This document shows, one piece after another, positions 63,485 to 64,000 of a stretch of 64,000 bases of DNA. The notes under the pieces are model-generated. The model ran no database searches and was not told where the DNA came from. It saw only the letters and a list, made by a program, of their open reading frames with translations. The position numbers and the translations under genes were made by a program. The stretch is from an uncultured Bacillota bacterium (lineage in GTDB: Bacteria > Bacillota_I > Bacilli_A > RFN20 > CAG-631), in the NCBI GenBank assembly GCA_902491575.1, contig CABUID010000003.1:631-64630 (forward strand), given 5' to 3'. Positions within the stretch are counted from its first letter, which is position 1, and each line of letters begins with the position of its first letter.

Positions 63485-64000
63485 CTAATTTCCCATAATC
63501 ATCCAAATAAAATCGATGAGCGGTTCATAAAAGACACCTAAAACTACAATACAAATGGTCAAAATCATTAAAGGCACATACATTGTTTTTTTGGCCTCAT
63601 TTCTTTCACATTTTTTATTTCCTGTAAAATAACCATGGAAAGAAATAGGAAGTAAATACGCTGCAGTCAAAATAGCAGATAAGAGCAAAACAATCGGTAC
63701 AAGATAGTTAAATACAGGAAGATTTGAAGATAAAGCACCATTTGCTAAGTACCATTTTGAAATAAAACCTCCAGTAAATGGAATACCAATTAATCCTAAA
63801 GCAGCTATGGTATAACATCCTGTAGAAATAGGCATAATCGTTCCAATATCTTTTAATTCATCTACACGATATTTATCAAATTTATAAATCAGTTCACCAG
63901 CAAATAAGAACAAACAAACTTTAATCAGCATATGTGCAGCAACATGTAGCAAAGCTCCTAAAAAAGATACATTGTTCATTAAAGCTAAACCTATTAAGAT
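63485..64000 (-). CDS. Third complex-I antiporter-like subunit, C-terminal part only (gene continues beyond window end)
   Basis: LLHVAAHMLIKVCLFLFAGEL and GIPFTGGFISK are C-terminal signatures of PF00361-type proteins. There is no stop codon before the window edge. Confidence 0.6.
   Translation of the reverse strand: MLIGLALMNNVSFLGALLHVAAHMLIKVCLFLFAGELIYKFDKYRVDELKDIGTIMPISTGCYTIAALGLIGIPFTGGFISKWYLANGALSSNLPVFNYLVPIVLLLSAILTAAYLLPISFHGYFTGNKKCERNEAKKTMYVPLMILTICIVVLGVFYEPLIDFIWMIMGN

Overview
The window is a 64-kb stretch of a low-GC (roughly 28-30 % GC) Firmicutes chromosome. The gene content points to an Erysipelotrichia/Bacilli-like lineage: conserved rpsU-yqfC-yqfD-phoH synteny, RNase HIII, a fused SecDF and RNase J. 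This is mostly core-genome territory: mutS2-like, ldcA-like, secDF, ruvAB, radC, cvpA, valS with a T-box leader, nadE, a sirtuin, glnS, phoH, murI, deoC, mtaB, rsmE, rnhC, rnj, dapA, rRNA/tRNA-modification enzymes, a cold-shock protein and three MATE pumps. I found no rRNA, tRNA, CRISPR array, IS element or prophage genes by eye. More accessory-looking content sits at ~26.7-27.9 kb (a degraded DUF4143-type AAA ATPase pseudogene) and at ~51.7-64 kb (lipoprotein genes including a perfect ~766-bp tandem duplication, an ABC exporter, a ~1.1-kb ORF-poor region, a membrane-anchored metallophosphoesterase and at least three tandem complex-I antiporter-like genes). The most unusual single observations are: a Phd/YefM antitoxin-type N-domain fused in frame to NAD synthetase; an AroA-fold protein that has lost its key phosphate-binding residues; a Fur-family regulator with a 17-bp palindrome operator, translationally coupled to a His/Cys-rich internally repeated membrane protein; and an RNase J with degenerate catalytic motifs. 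All calls come from reading motifs and ORF architecture in the sequence. I ran no database search.
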